Shown here: positions 36,824 to 47,310 of the stretch, in pieces
Numbering within the stretch: position 1 is the stretch's first letter
Layout: the number at the start of each line of letters is the position of its first letter
From: a bacterium
GTDB lineage: Bacteria > Patescibacteriota > Patescibacteriia > Magasanikbacterales > GWA2-37-8
Direction of reading: 5' to 3'
NCBI GenBank assembly: GCA_043810165.1
Contig: JBDROJ010000030.1
Span: forward strand, 866 to 64,865
Length of the DNA: 64,000 nucleotides
The notes under the pieces: generated by a model
Told to the model about the DNA's origin: nothing
Seen by the model: only the letters and a program-made list of their open reading frames with translations
Database searches by the model: none
Translations under genes and position numbers: made by a program

Positions 36824-38788
36824 ATGCTTAAACCCTATCATATTGTCTTAAAAAAATCAATACATTGGCTAATAGTAGCTGTTTTTTTATTTTCGGCTTT
36901 TCCGGCCCAAGCTAGAGTTCCCATTGATGAGAATTACAATGCCCAGAAGCTCTTTTATGAACAAATTAAAATGCCACAGGCTTGGGATTTAAGTATAGGT
37001 TCAAATGAAGTTGTTGTTGCCGTTATTGATGTTGGCGTGGATGTTAGGCATCAAGACCTGTATGAAAATATCTGGAAAAATTTGGATGAAATATCAGGTA
37101 ATGGCATTGACGATGATCATAACGGATATATTGACGATTATTATGGATGGAATTTTGTGGAAGATAATAATCTGGTGACCGTGCCTGACGCGGTAGAAAT
37201 AGAAGATTTGGGAGTGGCAAGCCATGGAACTATTTCGGCCGGACTAATCGGCGCTGTTGGTAATAATAGTATTGATGGAGCCGGCATGAACTGGAAAATT
37301 AAGATAATGCCTTTGCGTGCAATAAATAATTCCGGTTCGGGCGCGTTTATTGATGTTGCAAAAGCCATTGATTATGCGGTTGATAATGGCGCTGATATTA
37401 TCAATTTTAGCATAGTGGGGGATTCATCTAATAGTGCTTTAACGAAAAGTTTGCAAAGAGCTTATGACCATGGCGTGCTTGTTGTAGCGGCCGCCGGAAA
37501 CGAGCGCAATTCTGGCAAGGGCAATCTTGATTCTTATCCCAATTATCCTGTTTGTTCTGATAAAGGAGAAAACACAAATATTGTTTTAGGAGTTACTTCG
37601 GTTAATAAAAATGATCAGTTAAGTAATTTTGCCAATTATGGCAGTTGCGTGGATTTGTCAGCACCAGGGGAGGCTATAAATAGCACTTTGTATTTTGAAC
37701 CCAATTCCGGGCTTAATAAAACATTTGGTGGAAATATTTATGGCACATCTTTTTCCGCGCCTTTGGTATCTGGCGCCGCCGCTTTGGTAAAATCAATGAT
37801 GCCAGCATGGCAAGCCAAAGACCTGGTTAAGAATTTATTGGAAAATGCTGACCCAATTGATAATTTGAATTCCGGTTTTGCCGGGAAAATAGGCTCTGGC
37901 AGATTGAATGTATATAAGTCATTGCAGTCTGCCAAAGATGATGATAGTTATTTATCCCAAGGCCTTGACAATCTGTATTATTTTTCTGAAACAGAAGTAT
38001 TTAAATATAATACTCGCAAGCAGGAGAATACTATGTTAAGGAGGCTTTATAGCGCCAGTATACGCGCTATGGTCGTGGGTGATGTCAATGACAACAATAG
38101 TAAGGAAATAATTCTTTTAATCAGCCGTGGGCCTTTTAATTACATACATATATTAGATCAAGATGGACAGTTATGGCATGAGTTTGCCTTGGAAGGTCGA
38201 ATAGATCAAGGCGTGGATTATAGGTCTTTAAAAGTAATGCCAGATATTCAAGGCAACAAGATAGTTATTGAACAGATTAAGAATAACTTGCGCTCGCTTG
38301 AACAATATAATTCTCAGGGGATCAAGCTGACTAAAGTTTCAATTCCAAGTGGCTTTAAATGGGCGGTTGATTCAAGATTGGGCGTGGTCCTAGCCGGACA
38401 ACAAAATAGCAGTTTGGTATTGAAGAGTTTTAATTGGGATGGAAAAATAGAAAAAAGTTGGAGCATTCCAGGGATTGAACAATTTTATGATTTTAAAATG
38501 GGAGACATCTGGCCAGGAGGACGGCGTGAACAAGCGTTACTGATAGTACGGAATGGACGCATGGAAATGTTGATTATTGATCTTGCGAGCCAGAGTTCCA
38601 TGGCCAATTATATAACGGGTTATGAATATCCACAATCCGATGACTGGTATTTATTGATTGGAATCCATGACAGAATATCAATGCCTTATCAGCTCAAAGG
38701 AGGAAAGTTTGATTTTTTTAAGGGTGGATATAAATGGTTAGGCGAACTGGTTCTGCCAAAAATGATGACCGAATTCATATCCGGTTAA
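36824..38788 (+). CDS. Secreted subtilisin-like serine protease (S8)
   Basis: Signal peptide. D VAVIDVGVD, H HGTISAGLIG, S GTSFSAPLVSGAAAL form the catalytic triad motifs. Confidence 0.8.
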   Translation: MLKPYHIVLKKSIHWLIVAVFLFSAFPAQARVPIDENYNAQKLFYEQIKMPQAWDLSIGSNEVVVAVIDVGVDVRHQDLYENIWKNLDEISGNGIDDDHNGYIDDYYGWNFVEDNNLVTVPDAVEIEDLGVASHGTISAGLIGAVGNNSIDGAGMNWKIKIMPLRAINNSGSGAFIDVAKAIDYAVDNGADIINFSIVGDSSNSALTKSLQRAYDHGVLVVAAAGNERNSGKGNLDSYPNYPVCSDKGENTNIVLGVTSVNKNDQLSNFANYGSCVDLSAPGEAINSTLYFEPNSGLNKTFGGNIYGTSFSAPLVSGAAALVKSMMPAWQAKDLVKNLLENADPIDNLNSGFAGKIGSGRLNVYKSLQSAKDDDSYLSQGLDNLYYFSETEVFKYNTRKQENTMLRRLYSASIRAMVVGDVNDNNSKEIILLISRGPFNYIHILDQDGQLWHEFALEGRIDQGVDYRSLKVMPDIQGNKIVIEQIKNNLRSLEQYNSQGIKLTKVSIPSGFKWAVDSRLGVVLAGQQNSSLVLKSFNWDGKIEKSWSIPGIEQFYDFKMGDIWPGGRREQALLIVRNGRMEMLIIDLASQSSMANYITGYEYPQSDDWYLLIGIHDRISMPYQLKGGKFDFFKGGYKWLGELVLPKMMTEFISG

Positions 38789-38862
38789 AGTCGGATTCAT
38801 TATTGAAATCTTTAACAAAGAATGCTAGAATATTTATATCTTTTAAATTAATTACAAAGTTT

Positions 38863-39885
38863 ATGGAAATGCCAATTTTTGAAAAAAAGAATGTAGTCAT
38901 AACCGGAGGCGCCGGTTTTATAGGCTCTCATCTATGCGAGAGGCTTTTAAAAGAAGCCAAAGTAATTTGCTTGGATGATTTTTCTCATTCTCATCCAAGC
39001 AATATTAATCATCTGCTACAGTATCCGGATTTTGAGTTCATCAAATGCGACGTCAATCATCCAGTAGATTTAGAAAACAGTGAAGAATTAAAGAAATTTA
39101 AGATTAAATTTCAAGGCATACAGGAAATATATCACTTGGCTTGCCCAACAAGCCCAAAATCTTTTGAAGAATTGAAAATGAAATCTTTGTGGGCGAATTC
39201 TTCGTCCATGGTTAATACACTGGATATGGCTGCTAAATATCATGCCAAATATGTTTTTGCTTCCAGTTCAGTGATTTATGGCGATACTGATCATAAAAAG
39301 CAGGTTTTTAAAGAGATAGATGAAGGAATAGTACATCATTTATCTCCGCGCGGTTGTTATGATGAAGGCAAGCGTTTCGCTGAAACTTGCGTGGAAACAT
39401 ATCGGCAAGTACATGGAATTGATGCTAAAATAGCCAGGATTTTTACCACATACGGTCCGCATATGAAGCTATTCAGCGGTTTTTTAATTCCTGATTTTAT
39501 AGTAAGTGCTCTAGACGGAAAAGACTTGGTAATTTACGGAGATAAAAATTTTACCACCACTTTATGCTATGTCAGCGACATGGTAGATGGATTGGTGCGT
39601 TTGATGGCATCTGAACCAGAAGTCAAGGTAGTTAATTTAGGAGATGATCATATTGTAAGCTTAGTTGATGTGGCCAATTCCATTATTAAGATGACAAATT
39701 CATCTTCTAAAATAAATTTTGAGGATCCTTTGGTATTTTTAACGCGGAAAGGCGCGCCTGATTTGACTTATGTTAAAGAAACTCTGGGATGGATGCCTTT
39801 AGTGCGCTTAGAAGACGGTTTGACTAAAACTATTGATTATACAATTGCTAACAAAGAGGCCCTGCTATTTGACCAGGCGTTATAG
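38863..39885 (+). CDS. NAD-dependent sugar-nucleotide epimerase or dehydratase (UXS/UDP-glucuronate decarboxylase-like SDR)
   Basis: VVITGGAGFIGSHL Rossmann motif and YxxxK in ...YDEGKR.... The start is set at ATG 38863. Confidence 0.7.
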   Translation: MEMPIFEKKNVVITGGAGFIGSHLCERLLKEAKVICLDDFSHSHPSNINHLLQYPDFEFIKCDVNHPVDLENSEELKKFKIKFQGIQEIYHLACPTSPKSFEELKMKSLWANSSSMVNTLDMAAKYHAKYVFASSSVIYGDTDHKKQVFKEIDEGIVHHLSPRGCYDEGKRFAETCVETYRQVHGIDAKIARIFTTYGPHMKLFSGFLIPDFIVSALDGKDLVIYGDKNFTTTLCYVSDMVDGLVRLMASEPEVKVVNLGDDHIVSLVDVANSIIKMTNSSSKINFEDPLVFLTRKGAPDLTYVKETLGWMPLVRLEDGLTKTIDYTIANKEALLFDQAL

Positions 39886-39890
39886 CATAT

Positions 39891-40553
39891 ATGTTGTACA
39901 TTATAATTCCTGCATACAATGAAGCTAAAAAAATAGGCCGTGTGATTGACGGCCTTTTTAAGCAAGGCTTTCAAAATATTATAGTGATAGATGACGGTTC
40001 AACTGATAATACATTTGAAATAGCAAAGCAAGCTGGAGCAGTTGTGTTGAAGCATGAGCTAAATAGGGGACAAGGCGCTGGTTTGCAGACCGGGCATGAA
40101 TATGCCTTGAAACAGGGTGCTGAATTGGTGGTTGATTTTGATGGCGATGGCCAGTTTAATCCAGCTGATATTAATCCGACTTTACAGGCTATGGAACGAT
40201 CAGGTGCCCAAGTTGCCATGGGTTCTCGCTTTTTAGATAATAGATCCAATATACCTTGGCTTAAAAAGAAATTAATTTTGCCGGTTAGTCGTTGGATAAA
40301 TTTAGTGTTCACAGGTTTGAAGCTTACAGATGTGCATAATGGCTTTAGAATTTTATCACGCCAGGCTTTGGAAAAAATTAATATCAGCCAGGATGGAATG
40401 GCTCATAATACCGAGATAGTTAGACAAATTAAAAAACACAGATTAAAATATATAGAGGTGCCTGTGGAAGTTAGATATTCGGAATATGGGCAGGGAATAT
40501 TTGGCGGTTTACGGATTTTGAAGGATCTTTTATTTGGATTTTTATCAGACTGA
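39891..40553 (+). CDS. GT2 glycosyltransferase (polyprenyl-phosphate sugar synthase, DPM1/ArnC-like)
   Basis: IIIPAYNEA ... VIDDGSTDNT, then a DxD-type region. Confidence 0.75.
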   Translation: MLYIIIPAYNEAKKIGRVIDGLFKQGFQNIIVIDDGSTDNTFEIAKQAGAVVLKHELNRGQGAGLQTGHEYALKQGAELVVDFDGDGQFNPADINPTLQAMERSGAQVAMGSRFLDNRSNIPWLKKKLILPVSRWINLVFTGLKLTDVHNGFRILSRQALEKINISQDGMAHNTEIVRQIKKHRLKYIEVPVEVRYSEYGQGIFGGLRILKDLLFGFLSD

Positions 40554-40587
40554 TTTAATGACAATGAACCCACCCTCGCAATGACGG
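40551..40587. repeat. GTCATTGCGAG-family repeat (half copy G)
   Basis: tgatttaatgacaatgaacccaccctcgcaatgacgg. Confidence 0.6.
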
Positions 40588-40637
40588 ATTCAATTAATTT
40601 AAGTTAAATATTGATGGTGACTTAATACTGATTCATT

Positions 40638-40967
40638 ATGTATATAATTCAAACATTATTAGTGGTGATCTTCCTAATAGCCATAATAAACGTGATCTGT
40701 CGTTATCATACCGGCGATCTGCGCTTGGAAGGCATGGTAATCTGGGTTTTGTTCTGGCTAATAGCCGGGGTAGTAGTGGTTTTGCCTGACACAAGTTCAT
40801 ATTTTGCAGAGCTATTAGGCATAGGCAGAGGTGCTGACCTGGTTGTTTATATGGCCTTAGTTTTATTATTTTTTATAGTATTTAAGTTAATGGTTAGAAT
40901 TGAACATTTAAATAAACAGATAACTAAATTAACTAGAAAAAATGCCTTGGAAGACCATGACAAATAA
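40638..40967 (+). CDS. DUF2304-family small membrane protein (frequent GT2 partner)
   Basis: 109 aa with 3 TM. Composition and placement after GT2 and before GT-C. Confidence 0.5.
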   Translation: MYIIQTLLVVIFLIAIINVICRYHTGDLRLEGMVIWVLFWLIAGVVVVLPDTSSYFAELLGIGRGADLVVYMALVLLFFIVFKLMVRIEHLNKQITKLTRKNALEDHDK

Positions 40968-42771
40968 GTATATACTTTTTGCCTTTTTAGCCTGCCTATT
41001 TTTTTTGATAATCGGTTTTTTATCAGTTTCAGGCTTTAACTGGAAAAATTTGAAATACAGTGGCAGTGCCATTACCGGTGATGAAGTTGCATATATTTCC
41101 AGTGGTTATTATAGTATTAAAACCGGCAAGAATTTTCTTAATCCAGAACACCCGCCTTTAATTAAAAATGTGGTTGCCTTGCCTCTGCTGTTTATTAACC
41201 CTTCTTTGCCACAGATATTGGATATCCCGATAGCCAAGTATGGTCTTGGCAATTATCCTTATGAACATTTTGCTTTTTCTCATCAAGCAGAGATAGAAAA
41301 TAACCAATGGGATTGGGGCCGATTATTTTTGTTTGGGAGCAATAATGATTCTGATCGGATATTATTTTGGTCCAGACTGGCCATGATGTTATTTAACGGC
41401 TTGTTATTATTATTTTTGTTTTTTTCTTTGAGTAAATTTTGGTGTAAAAGATCTGCTTTTTTGGGCTTGCTTTTAATTTGTATTCTGCCTTTGAGCCTAT
41501 CGCATGGTTCATTAGTTATTTTAGATTTTGCAACTGCCTTATTGCAGATATTGGCCATTATATGGTTTTCAGCTTTTATCTGGCAAATAACTAACAAAAA
41601 AAGCTCTATCAGCGGGTTTTTACTAGCTACTTTATTTTTGAGCTTATCTTTATTGGCCAAATCATCTTCTTTGGTTTTGTTGCCAGTTTTATTCACTGGT
41701 GGATTGATATATATATTAAGTAAAAAGTTTTGCCGTCCGCTATGGTGGAATTATCTTTTGTCCATAGCCATCATGTCATTGGTTAGCATCTCAATAATTT
41801 CAATTTATTATATTCCACACGTACATGGAATGGATAGAATTGATACCATCAGACAGGTCATTCATCTTTTGCCTGGTAATAGTGATTATGAAAAAGTAAG
41901 CCGTCATTTTATTTTACAATTAAACCAAGGCAATTTATTTTCCAGAGCCACAGCTCAATATTTATTAGGAGTAAGCATGAGCATCAGAAGAGCCGGGTTG
42001 TCAGAACAGCAACAGTTGTATTTTATGGGAGATGTTTATGGCTTGCAGGGAGCGGGTTGGAAATATTATCCGATTTTGATTTTAACTAAAATACCTTTGG
42101 CCGTGTTGTGTTTAATTTTGTTGGGATTGATCGGGCTGATAGCTGATTGTGTTAAAAAGAAACTGCCAGATTTATTGTTTGTTTTGTTTTTTGTTTATGC
42201 TTTGTTTTTTATGGCTCTGGCTTGGTATTTTAATTTGCAGATGGGCTTGCGCTATATTTTACCAAGCATTTTTATTATCTTATTACTAAGCGCCAAATTA
42301 TTGTCTGATAGATGGCAGGATCGCGCGCCAGGCCTGCTTCAAGTTAGCCAGGTTATGGTCAGTTTAATTATAATTGGTGTATTAGTTAGCTTATTAAGTT
42401 TTCCTTATTATATTAGTTATTATAATATTCTAGCCGGTGGCAGTAAGTATGGTTATGTTGTTGCGGTTGATTCCAATTATGATTGGGGTGGGCAAGATAT
42501 TAAAAGATTGGCGCAATGGAGGCAGGAAAATCATGTTGGTATTATTTATGCTGATTTGTTTACCAATGCTCCGCCAGCCTACTACCTGGGCAATGCATAT
42601 CGGGCTTATCTTGTTGATAAGGACAATCTGCCTGCTTCAGGATCTTATGTGGCCATTTCAGCACATATTTATCAAACCAGGGTTTCAGTGAAACAAAAAG
42701 AAAAATATTTTAACAAGAATAATTTGGTGGATCGAGCAGGGCAGTCAATATTTATTTATCGCATGCCTTGA
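40942..42771 (+). CDS. GT-C family glycosyltransferase (PMT/ArnT-like, GT39/GT83)
   Basis: First-loop DEVAY motif and EHPPLIK (the ExPPL signature of PMT/ArnT). More than 10 TM segments. Confidence 0.65.
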   Translation: MPWKTMTNKYILFAFLACLFFLIIGFLSVSGFNWKNLKYSGSAITGDEVAYISSGYYSIKTGKNFLNPEHPPLIKNVVALPLLFINPSLPQILDIPIAKYGLGNYPYEHFAFSHQAEIENNQWDWGRLFLFGSNNDSDRILFWSRLAMMLFNGLLLLFLFFSLSKFWCKRSAFLGLLLICILPLSLSHGSLVILDFATALLQILAIIWFSAFIWQITNKKSSISGFLLATLFLSLSLLAKSSSLVLLPVLFTGGLIYILSKKFCRPLWWNYLLSIAIMSLVSISIISIYYIPHVHGMDRIDTIRQVIHLLPGNSDYEKVSRHFILQLNQGNLFSRATAQYLLGVSMSIRRAGLSEQQQLYFMGDVYGLQGAGWKYYPILILTKIPLAVLCLILLGLIGLIADCVKKKLPDLLFVLFFVYALFFMALAWYFNLQMGLRYILPSIFIILLLSAKLLSDRWQDRAPGLLQVSQVMVSLIIIGVLVSLLSFPYYISYYNILAGGSKYGYVVAVDSNYDWGGQDIKRLAQWRQENHVGIIYADLFTNAPPAYYLGNAYRAYLVDKDNLPASGSYVAISAHIYQTRVSVKQKEKYFNKNNLVDRAGQSIFIYRMP

Positions 42772-42777
42772 TTAGAA

Positions 42778-43617
42778 TTAGTTATTGTCCAATATATTGT
42801 CCAATAGAAAAAAGTTAATTTTATTGGAATTTAGCAAATGGGCTATGGTTTTTATGTAGGGTTTTAAGAAGTTCGAATCCCGGTGCCCGAGCCAAGAGAG
42901 ATTGAGCGAGGTTAAAGCCTCGTTTTTTCTTTTTGTTAAGCCAAAATTCAACGGTTCTAACCCTCTCATTTTAGCATTTAACTTTTGAGCGTTGTCATAA
43001 ATAGGAAGCAACCAATTATTGACTGTAATTAGCACTTTTTTGTCTTCAATTACTCGGTTCGAACCTAGATTATTAAGTACCTGTTTTTTCTTAGTTTTAT
43101 CACCGTCTTTAAACTTTTTCAGAGCATAAGCAGAAAAAATAAACTTTTCTTTAGTTAGTTCAATAATTTCTTCCTCGGTTTTTTGTTTACTATCTTTACT
43201 ATTAAATTTTTCAACTTGTTTTTTAAGATTCTTTTTTTCTTTCAAAAATTCGTCATCATCCAATAATCCTCTGGCTCTCATCATAGTTAATTCAGATAAA
43301 TTGCTTTCTAACTCTTTAACTTTATCATCTCGGCTATTATCAATTACTTTGTTTTCTTGTTTTGTTTTACTTTTTTGACTATCCAAATAATCCAAACTCC
43401 ACTGTAAAAATAGTGGGTGCATTTCTAACTTTTCCAGTTTTTTAGTAATATTTTTGGTTATCTCCTTTTCTTCTACTGATCCTTGTCTGCAAACAATAGT
43501 TTTTTTCTTATGGGTACAGTGGTAATAATCATAACCTTTAACTTTGTTTTTAGCCTTAATATATTTAGTATGATGTTCTGCTGTGATACCACAACCACAA
43601 TAATTACATTTAAACAT
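42778..43617 (-). pseudogene. Second truncated large-serine-recombinase fragment (C-terminal ~280 aa only). It is ~95% identical to 17080-17910 and ends in a tRNA-3'-like sequence.
   Basis: It starts at the zinc ribbon MFKCNYCGCGITAEHH. The nucleotide repeat spans 42880-43630. The C-terminus ...SWLGHRDSN is encoded over aGTTCGAATCCcggtgcccgagCCA (T-loop consensus GTTCGAATCC). Confidence 0.65.
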
Positions 43618-43759
43618 ACCTGCATAAGTAAAATTGACACATCCTAACTACAGTACCATGTTTTAGTTATGCACCACCATTAATATTATAGAGCCTTTTT
43701 CTGTTTGACCAAAGCCTTTTTTTATGGTTTTATATTATTAGTGTAATAATTAGATTTTT

Positions 43760-44890
43760 ATGAAAATAGCGCATATGGTATCCACTTTTCCTCCTCGCGT
43801 AGGAGGGACGGGGCAGGTATGTTTTGAGGAGGCGCAAAGGCTGTCTATCAAGGGGCACGATGTAACCGTGTTCACGCCTCAGTATCAGGATAGCCGTTTT
43901 GATATTGATTGTAATTTTAAGCTCGTTTATATACGTCCATATTTAAAGTCTGCCAATTCGGCTTGGATGCCGCAATTGCTATGGAAATTAAAAGGTTTTG
44001 ATGTTGTTCATCTGCATTTTCCTTTTTATGGCAGTGCACATTTAGCTTGGCTGGCTAGTAAATTATTTAAACAAAAATACGTTATTACTTATCATATGGA
44101 TGTGCAAGTAAGTGGATGGCAGAGCTATATAAAATCAGTTTGCGATTTGGTTTGGGCTAGAAAGATTCTGGCCGGAGCCGAGCAGGTTATCTGCGTGGAC
44201 AAAGATCATTTTAATCAAACTGAATTCAAAATTCATGTCAAGAAGGAAAAATTAGTGGAAATATATAATAGCGTGGATACTCAAGTATTTAAACCGCGCG
44301 CAGTTGAGGACTGTGATTTTGATAATAAAATACCGGATAGATTTAAGTACAAGCCCAAGATTTTATTTGTTGGCAATTTATTGCCCTTTAAGCGTTTTGA
44401 TTTATTACTGCATGCTCTGATTAAAATTAAAGATGAACAGCCAATAGTTCTTGTGGTTGGAGGAGGTTATGATTTGGAGAAATATAAAAAAATGGCCAAG
44501 GAATTAAATATTCAAGATAGAATTTTATTTTGCGGTTTTTGCAATGATCGTGAACAATTATCAAAGTATTATTCATTGGCTGACTGCTTGGTTGTTAGTT
44601 CAGACAGTGGCGAATCATTTTCATTGGTGGCGATTGAAGCTTTATCCTGTTCTTGTCCTGTGGTGGCCAGTGATATTCCTGGAGTGCGCGAGCGAGTGCA
44701 AGATGGACATACGGGTTTTATATTTAAATCAGGTTCGGTTGAGGATTTGGCAGAAAAATTAGAGAAATTTCTATCTTTGCCAGATGAACAAAAGCAAATA
44801 ATGGGACAGCGTGGAAGAGAAGACGCTATCCGCAAGTATAGTTGGCAGGGGCATATTGGCAAGCTTGAAGATGTTTATAAAAAGGTTTAA
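43760..44890 (+). CDS. GT4 glycosyltransferase
   Basis: N-terminal MKIAHMVSTFPP and C-terminal ...EALSCSCPVVASDIPGVRERVQDGHTGF (the GT4 E-x7-E region). Confidence 0.75.
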   Translation: MKIAHMVSTFPPRVGGTGQVCFEEAQRLSIKGHDVTVFTPQYQDSRFDIDCNFKLVYIRPYLKSANSAWMPQLLWKLKGFDVVHLHFPFYGSAHLAWLASKLFKQKYVITYHMDVQVSGWQSYIKSVCDLVWARKILAGAEQVICVDKDHFNQTEFKIHVKKEKLVEIYNSVDTQVFKPRAVEDCDFDNKIPDRFKYKPKILFVGNLLPFKRFDLLLHALIKIKDEQPIVLVVGGGYDLEKYKKMAKELNIQDRILFCGFCNDREQLSKYYSLADCLVVSSDSGESFSLVAIEALSCSCPVVASDIPGVRERVQDGHTGFIFKSGSVEDLAEKLEKFLSLPDEQKQIMGQRGREDAIRKYSWQGHIGKLEDVYKKV

Positions 44891-44900
44891 AATATAGGGG

Positions 44901-45734
44901 ATGTCTTTTGACTACGAACAATCAATTTGGGGGCAGGGAACTGCCAAAAAGAGGTGGACAGATTCCACTAGTTTTCGTTTACATCAGGCGCTATCAGCCT
45001 TGTCGCATTTGAAAGCAGGGGATATGGTATTGGAAATTGGATGCGGAGCCGGGCAGTTTATTAGAGCCATCAAAAAATATAGATCTGATTTGCAATATAG
45101 CGGCTGTGATATCAGCACTTCAGCTTTGTCCAGAGCGGATCAATACAGAGACGGCGTGCAATATGACCTGTCCCAAGCGCAGAGCCTTCCCTATGAAGAT
45201 AATTATTTTCAAGCCGTATTGATTTTTGATGTATTAGAACATGTTGAAGATCCGAGGACCATGCTTGCTCAGGCCAAGCGCATATTAAAAAAAGACGGGA
45301 TCTTGCATTGTTTTGTCCCTTGCGAAGCAGACAAATTGTCATTGTGGTATTGGCTGAAGAAAATAAAAATAAAATCTGATTTGACTGAAAGATACGCTGG
45401 CCATATTCATAAATTTTCCAGACAAAGCCTGAAAGATCTTTTGATCAATCATGGTTTTGAGATTATACAGTCTAGATATAGTAGTCATTGTTTAGGGCAG
45501 TGGCTGGACTTGGTTGTTTTTTTGGCCATGGATAGATCATGCAGGCGGACCAGACAAGATCAAATGAATAACGAACAATTTTTTAAGGAATATGATAAAG
45601 ATCGTGGTCGGATTTTTTTTATTTTTAAAAGATTGATTAATTGGCTGATCAATTTGGAAAATTGGTTATTCAGCCGTTTGCCATCATCAAATGTGCACAT
45701 TACAAGCATGGTTTTGAAAGAAAATATAAAATAA
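44901..45734 (+). CDS. Class I SAM-dependent methyltransferase
   Basis: VLEIGCGAGQF (motif I) and IFDVLEHVEDP (motif II/post-I). Confidence 0.7.
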   Translation: MSFDYEQSIWGQGTAKKRWTDSTSFRLHQALSALSHLKAGDMVLEIGCGAGQFIRAIKKYRSDLQYSGCDISTSALSRADQYRDGVQYDLSQAQSLPYEDNYFQAVLIFDVLEHVEDPRTMLAQAKRILKKDGILHCFVPCEADKLSLWYWLKKIKIKSDLTERYAGHIHKFSRQSLKDLLINHGFEIIQSRYSSHCLGQWLDLVVFLAMDRSCRRTRQDQMNNEQFFKEYDKDRGRIFFIFKRLINWLINLENWLFSRLPSSNVHITSMVLKENIK

Positions 45735-45746
45735 ACCGTATTTCTA

Positions 45747-46396
45747 TGAGAATAGCTCACATTGTTCCTTCAACTTTTGAATATTTTGATGATATTAAAA
45801 TGGATGCTTTTGAAACAGTAGAGCAATTGAGCAAGTATGGAATTGAATCAATCATCACCACTCTGCAATATAGCCAAGCCAAGCGCAGGGAAAAAGAAAA
45901 AATAAGCGGAAAGGCAGGAGGCCCTGCCGGCAAAGCGCCTTCATATAAATACCAAGGCATGCAGAGCATTATCCAGGCCATAGAGAATTTTAGCAGTTAT
46001 GACTTGGTGCATTTGCATTGTCCTTTTTTGGGAGCAGGTGGCAAGATACTTGAATGGAAAAGGAAAAATCCGGACACGCCTTTGGCTGTTACTTATTACC
46101 GGCCTGTTGAGCTAGTAGACTTTTTAAGTTATTTTATCAGGCTGTATAATAGCTATTATTTGTCTAAAATTATGCGCCTGGCAGAAGTGGTAATGTTTTT
46201 TCCACAGACCTATCCAAAGTCAAGATTTTCATTTTTAGATCAAAAAAAAATGGTTGATATAACGCCGACAGATCATGATGAACACAGTTTAACAGTGGAC
46301 TTGACTAATATTTGCAATAAGGTAAAATTAGATAACGCTATTATTGATAAACTATCAATTAGCAAGTTAGTATATGTTTATTCTTTGTTAATTTAA
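45747..46396 (+). CDS. GT4 N-terminal-domain-like protein (paralog of the first half of 43760..44890, without the catalytic C-terminal half)
   Basis: MRIAHIVPSTF...SYDLVHLHCPFLGAGG parallels MKIAHMVSTFP...GFDVVHLHFPFYGSAH. The start is set at ATG 45747. Confidence 0.4.
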
Positions 46397-46407
46397 TAAT
46401 AAGCACT

Positions 46408-47247
46408 ATGAGTGAGAAAAAAACTTTTTTTGCAAGTTTGCAACCAAGGAGCGCTTTGTTAGTGGGGGCCGTGGCCGGGATTTTGGCTATTTGTACAATT
46501 GGTTTTATTATAATGGGAGTGATTTACCTGCGTGGTGATTCAGATGATGCCGGCAGTAATACAAGCACTTCAACCGCTACTGCTACCAATATTGTTGACC
46601 AACAACAACCTGTGGCTGTTGAGGTTACGAAAACTGATAAGCCTAAAGTTGAATTGTTTATTATGTCATATTGTCCATACGGCTTGCAAATGCAAAAAGC
46701 ATTTTTACCGGTAATGGAACTATTAAAATCAAAAGCTGACATGGATGTTAAGTGGGTTTCATACATAATGCATGGTAAAAAAGAGATTGATGAAAATGAT
46801 CGCCAATATTGTATTCAAAAAGAACAAAATGATAAATACCTGGCTTATGCTACTTGTTTTACAGGCAAAGATGATTATAGCGCGTGTTTAAAAACCGCTC
46901 AAATTGATGAAAGTAAAATGAATGCCTGCATTAAGGCAACTGACAGTCAGTACAAAACCACGGAAAAATACAATGACAAATCAACTTGGTTAAGCGGTAA
47001 CTATCCGGTATATTTGGTTCATGGTGAAGCAAATACAAATTACCAAGTGGGCGGTTCGCCAACTTTGGTAATTAATGGTACCCAAGTCCAAGTTTCTCGA
47101 ACTCCGGAAGCTGTTAAGTCAGCAGTTTGTAGTAGCTTTACAACAACTCCTGATGAATGCGCAAAAACTTTAAGTACTAGCGCAGCTGTTCCAGGTTTTG
47201 GAACAGAAGTCGGAACTGATACGGCCGGTGTTGATTGTGAGGGCTAA
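46408..47247 (+). CDS. Membrane-anchored thioredoxin-fold protein (DsbA-like thiol-disulfide oxidoreductase)
   Basis: N-terminal TM and CPYG active-site motif (CxxC-type) in ELFIMSYCPYGLQ. Confidence 0.55.
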   Translation: MSEKKTFFASLQPRSALLVGAVAGILAICTIGFIIMGVIYLRGDSDDAGSNTSTSTATATNIVDQQQPVAVEVTKTDKPKVELFIMSYCPYGLQMQKAFLPVMELLKSKADMDVKWVSYIMHGKKEIDENDRQYCIQKEQNDKYLAYATCFTGKDDYSACLKTAQIDESKMNACIKATDSQYKTTEKYNDKSTWLSGNYPVYLVHGEANTNYQVGGSPTLVINGTQVQVSRTPEAVKSAVCSSFTTTPDECAKTLSTSAAVPGFGTEVGTDTAGVDCEG

Positions 47248-47310
47248 ATAGTATACAATAGATGGTGTTGAATCAAGGGTACATAAATAGTCCCAGTTAA
47301 ACAAAAATCT

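Noticed and set aside
42838-42895. A complete tRNA gene on the plus strand
   Set aside because: Only a T-loop, acceptor and CCA-like 3' segment (GTTCGAATCCcggtgcccgagCCA) is present. No D-arm or anticodon-arm can be folded upstream, so it is reported as a fragment, not a tRNA.
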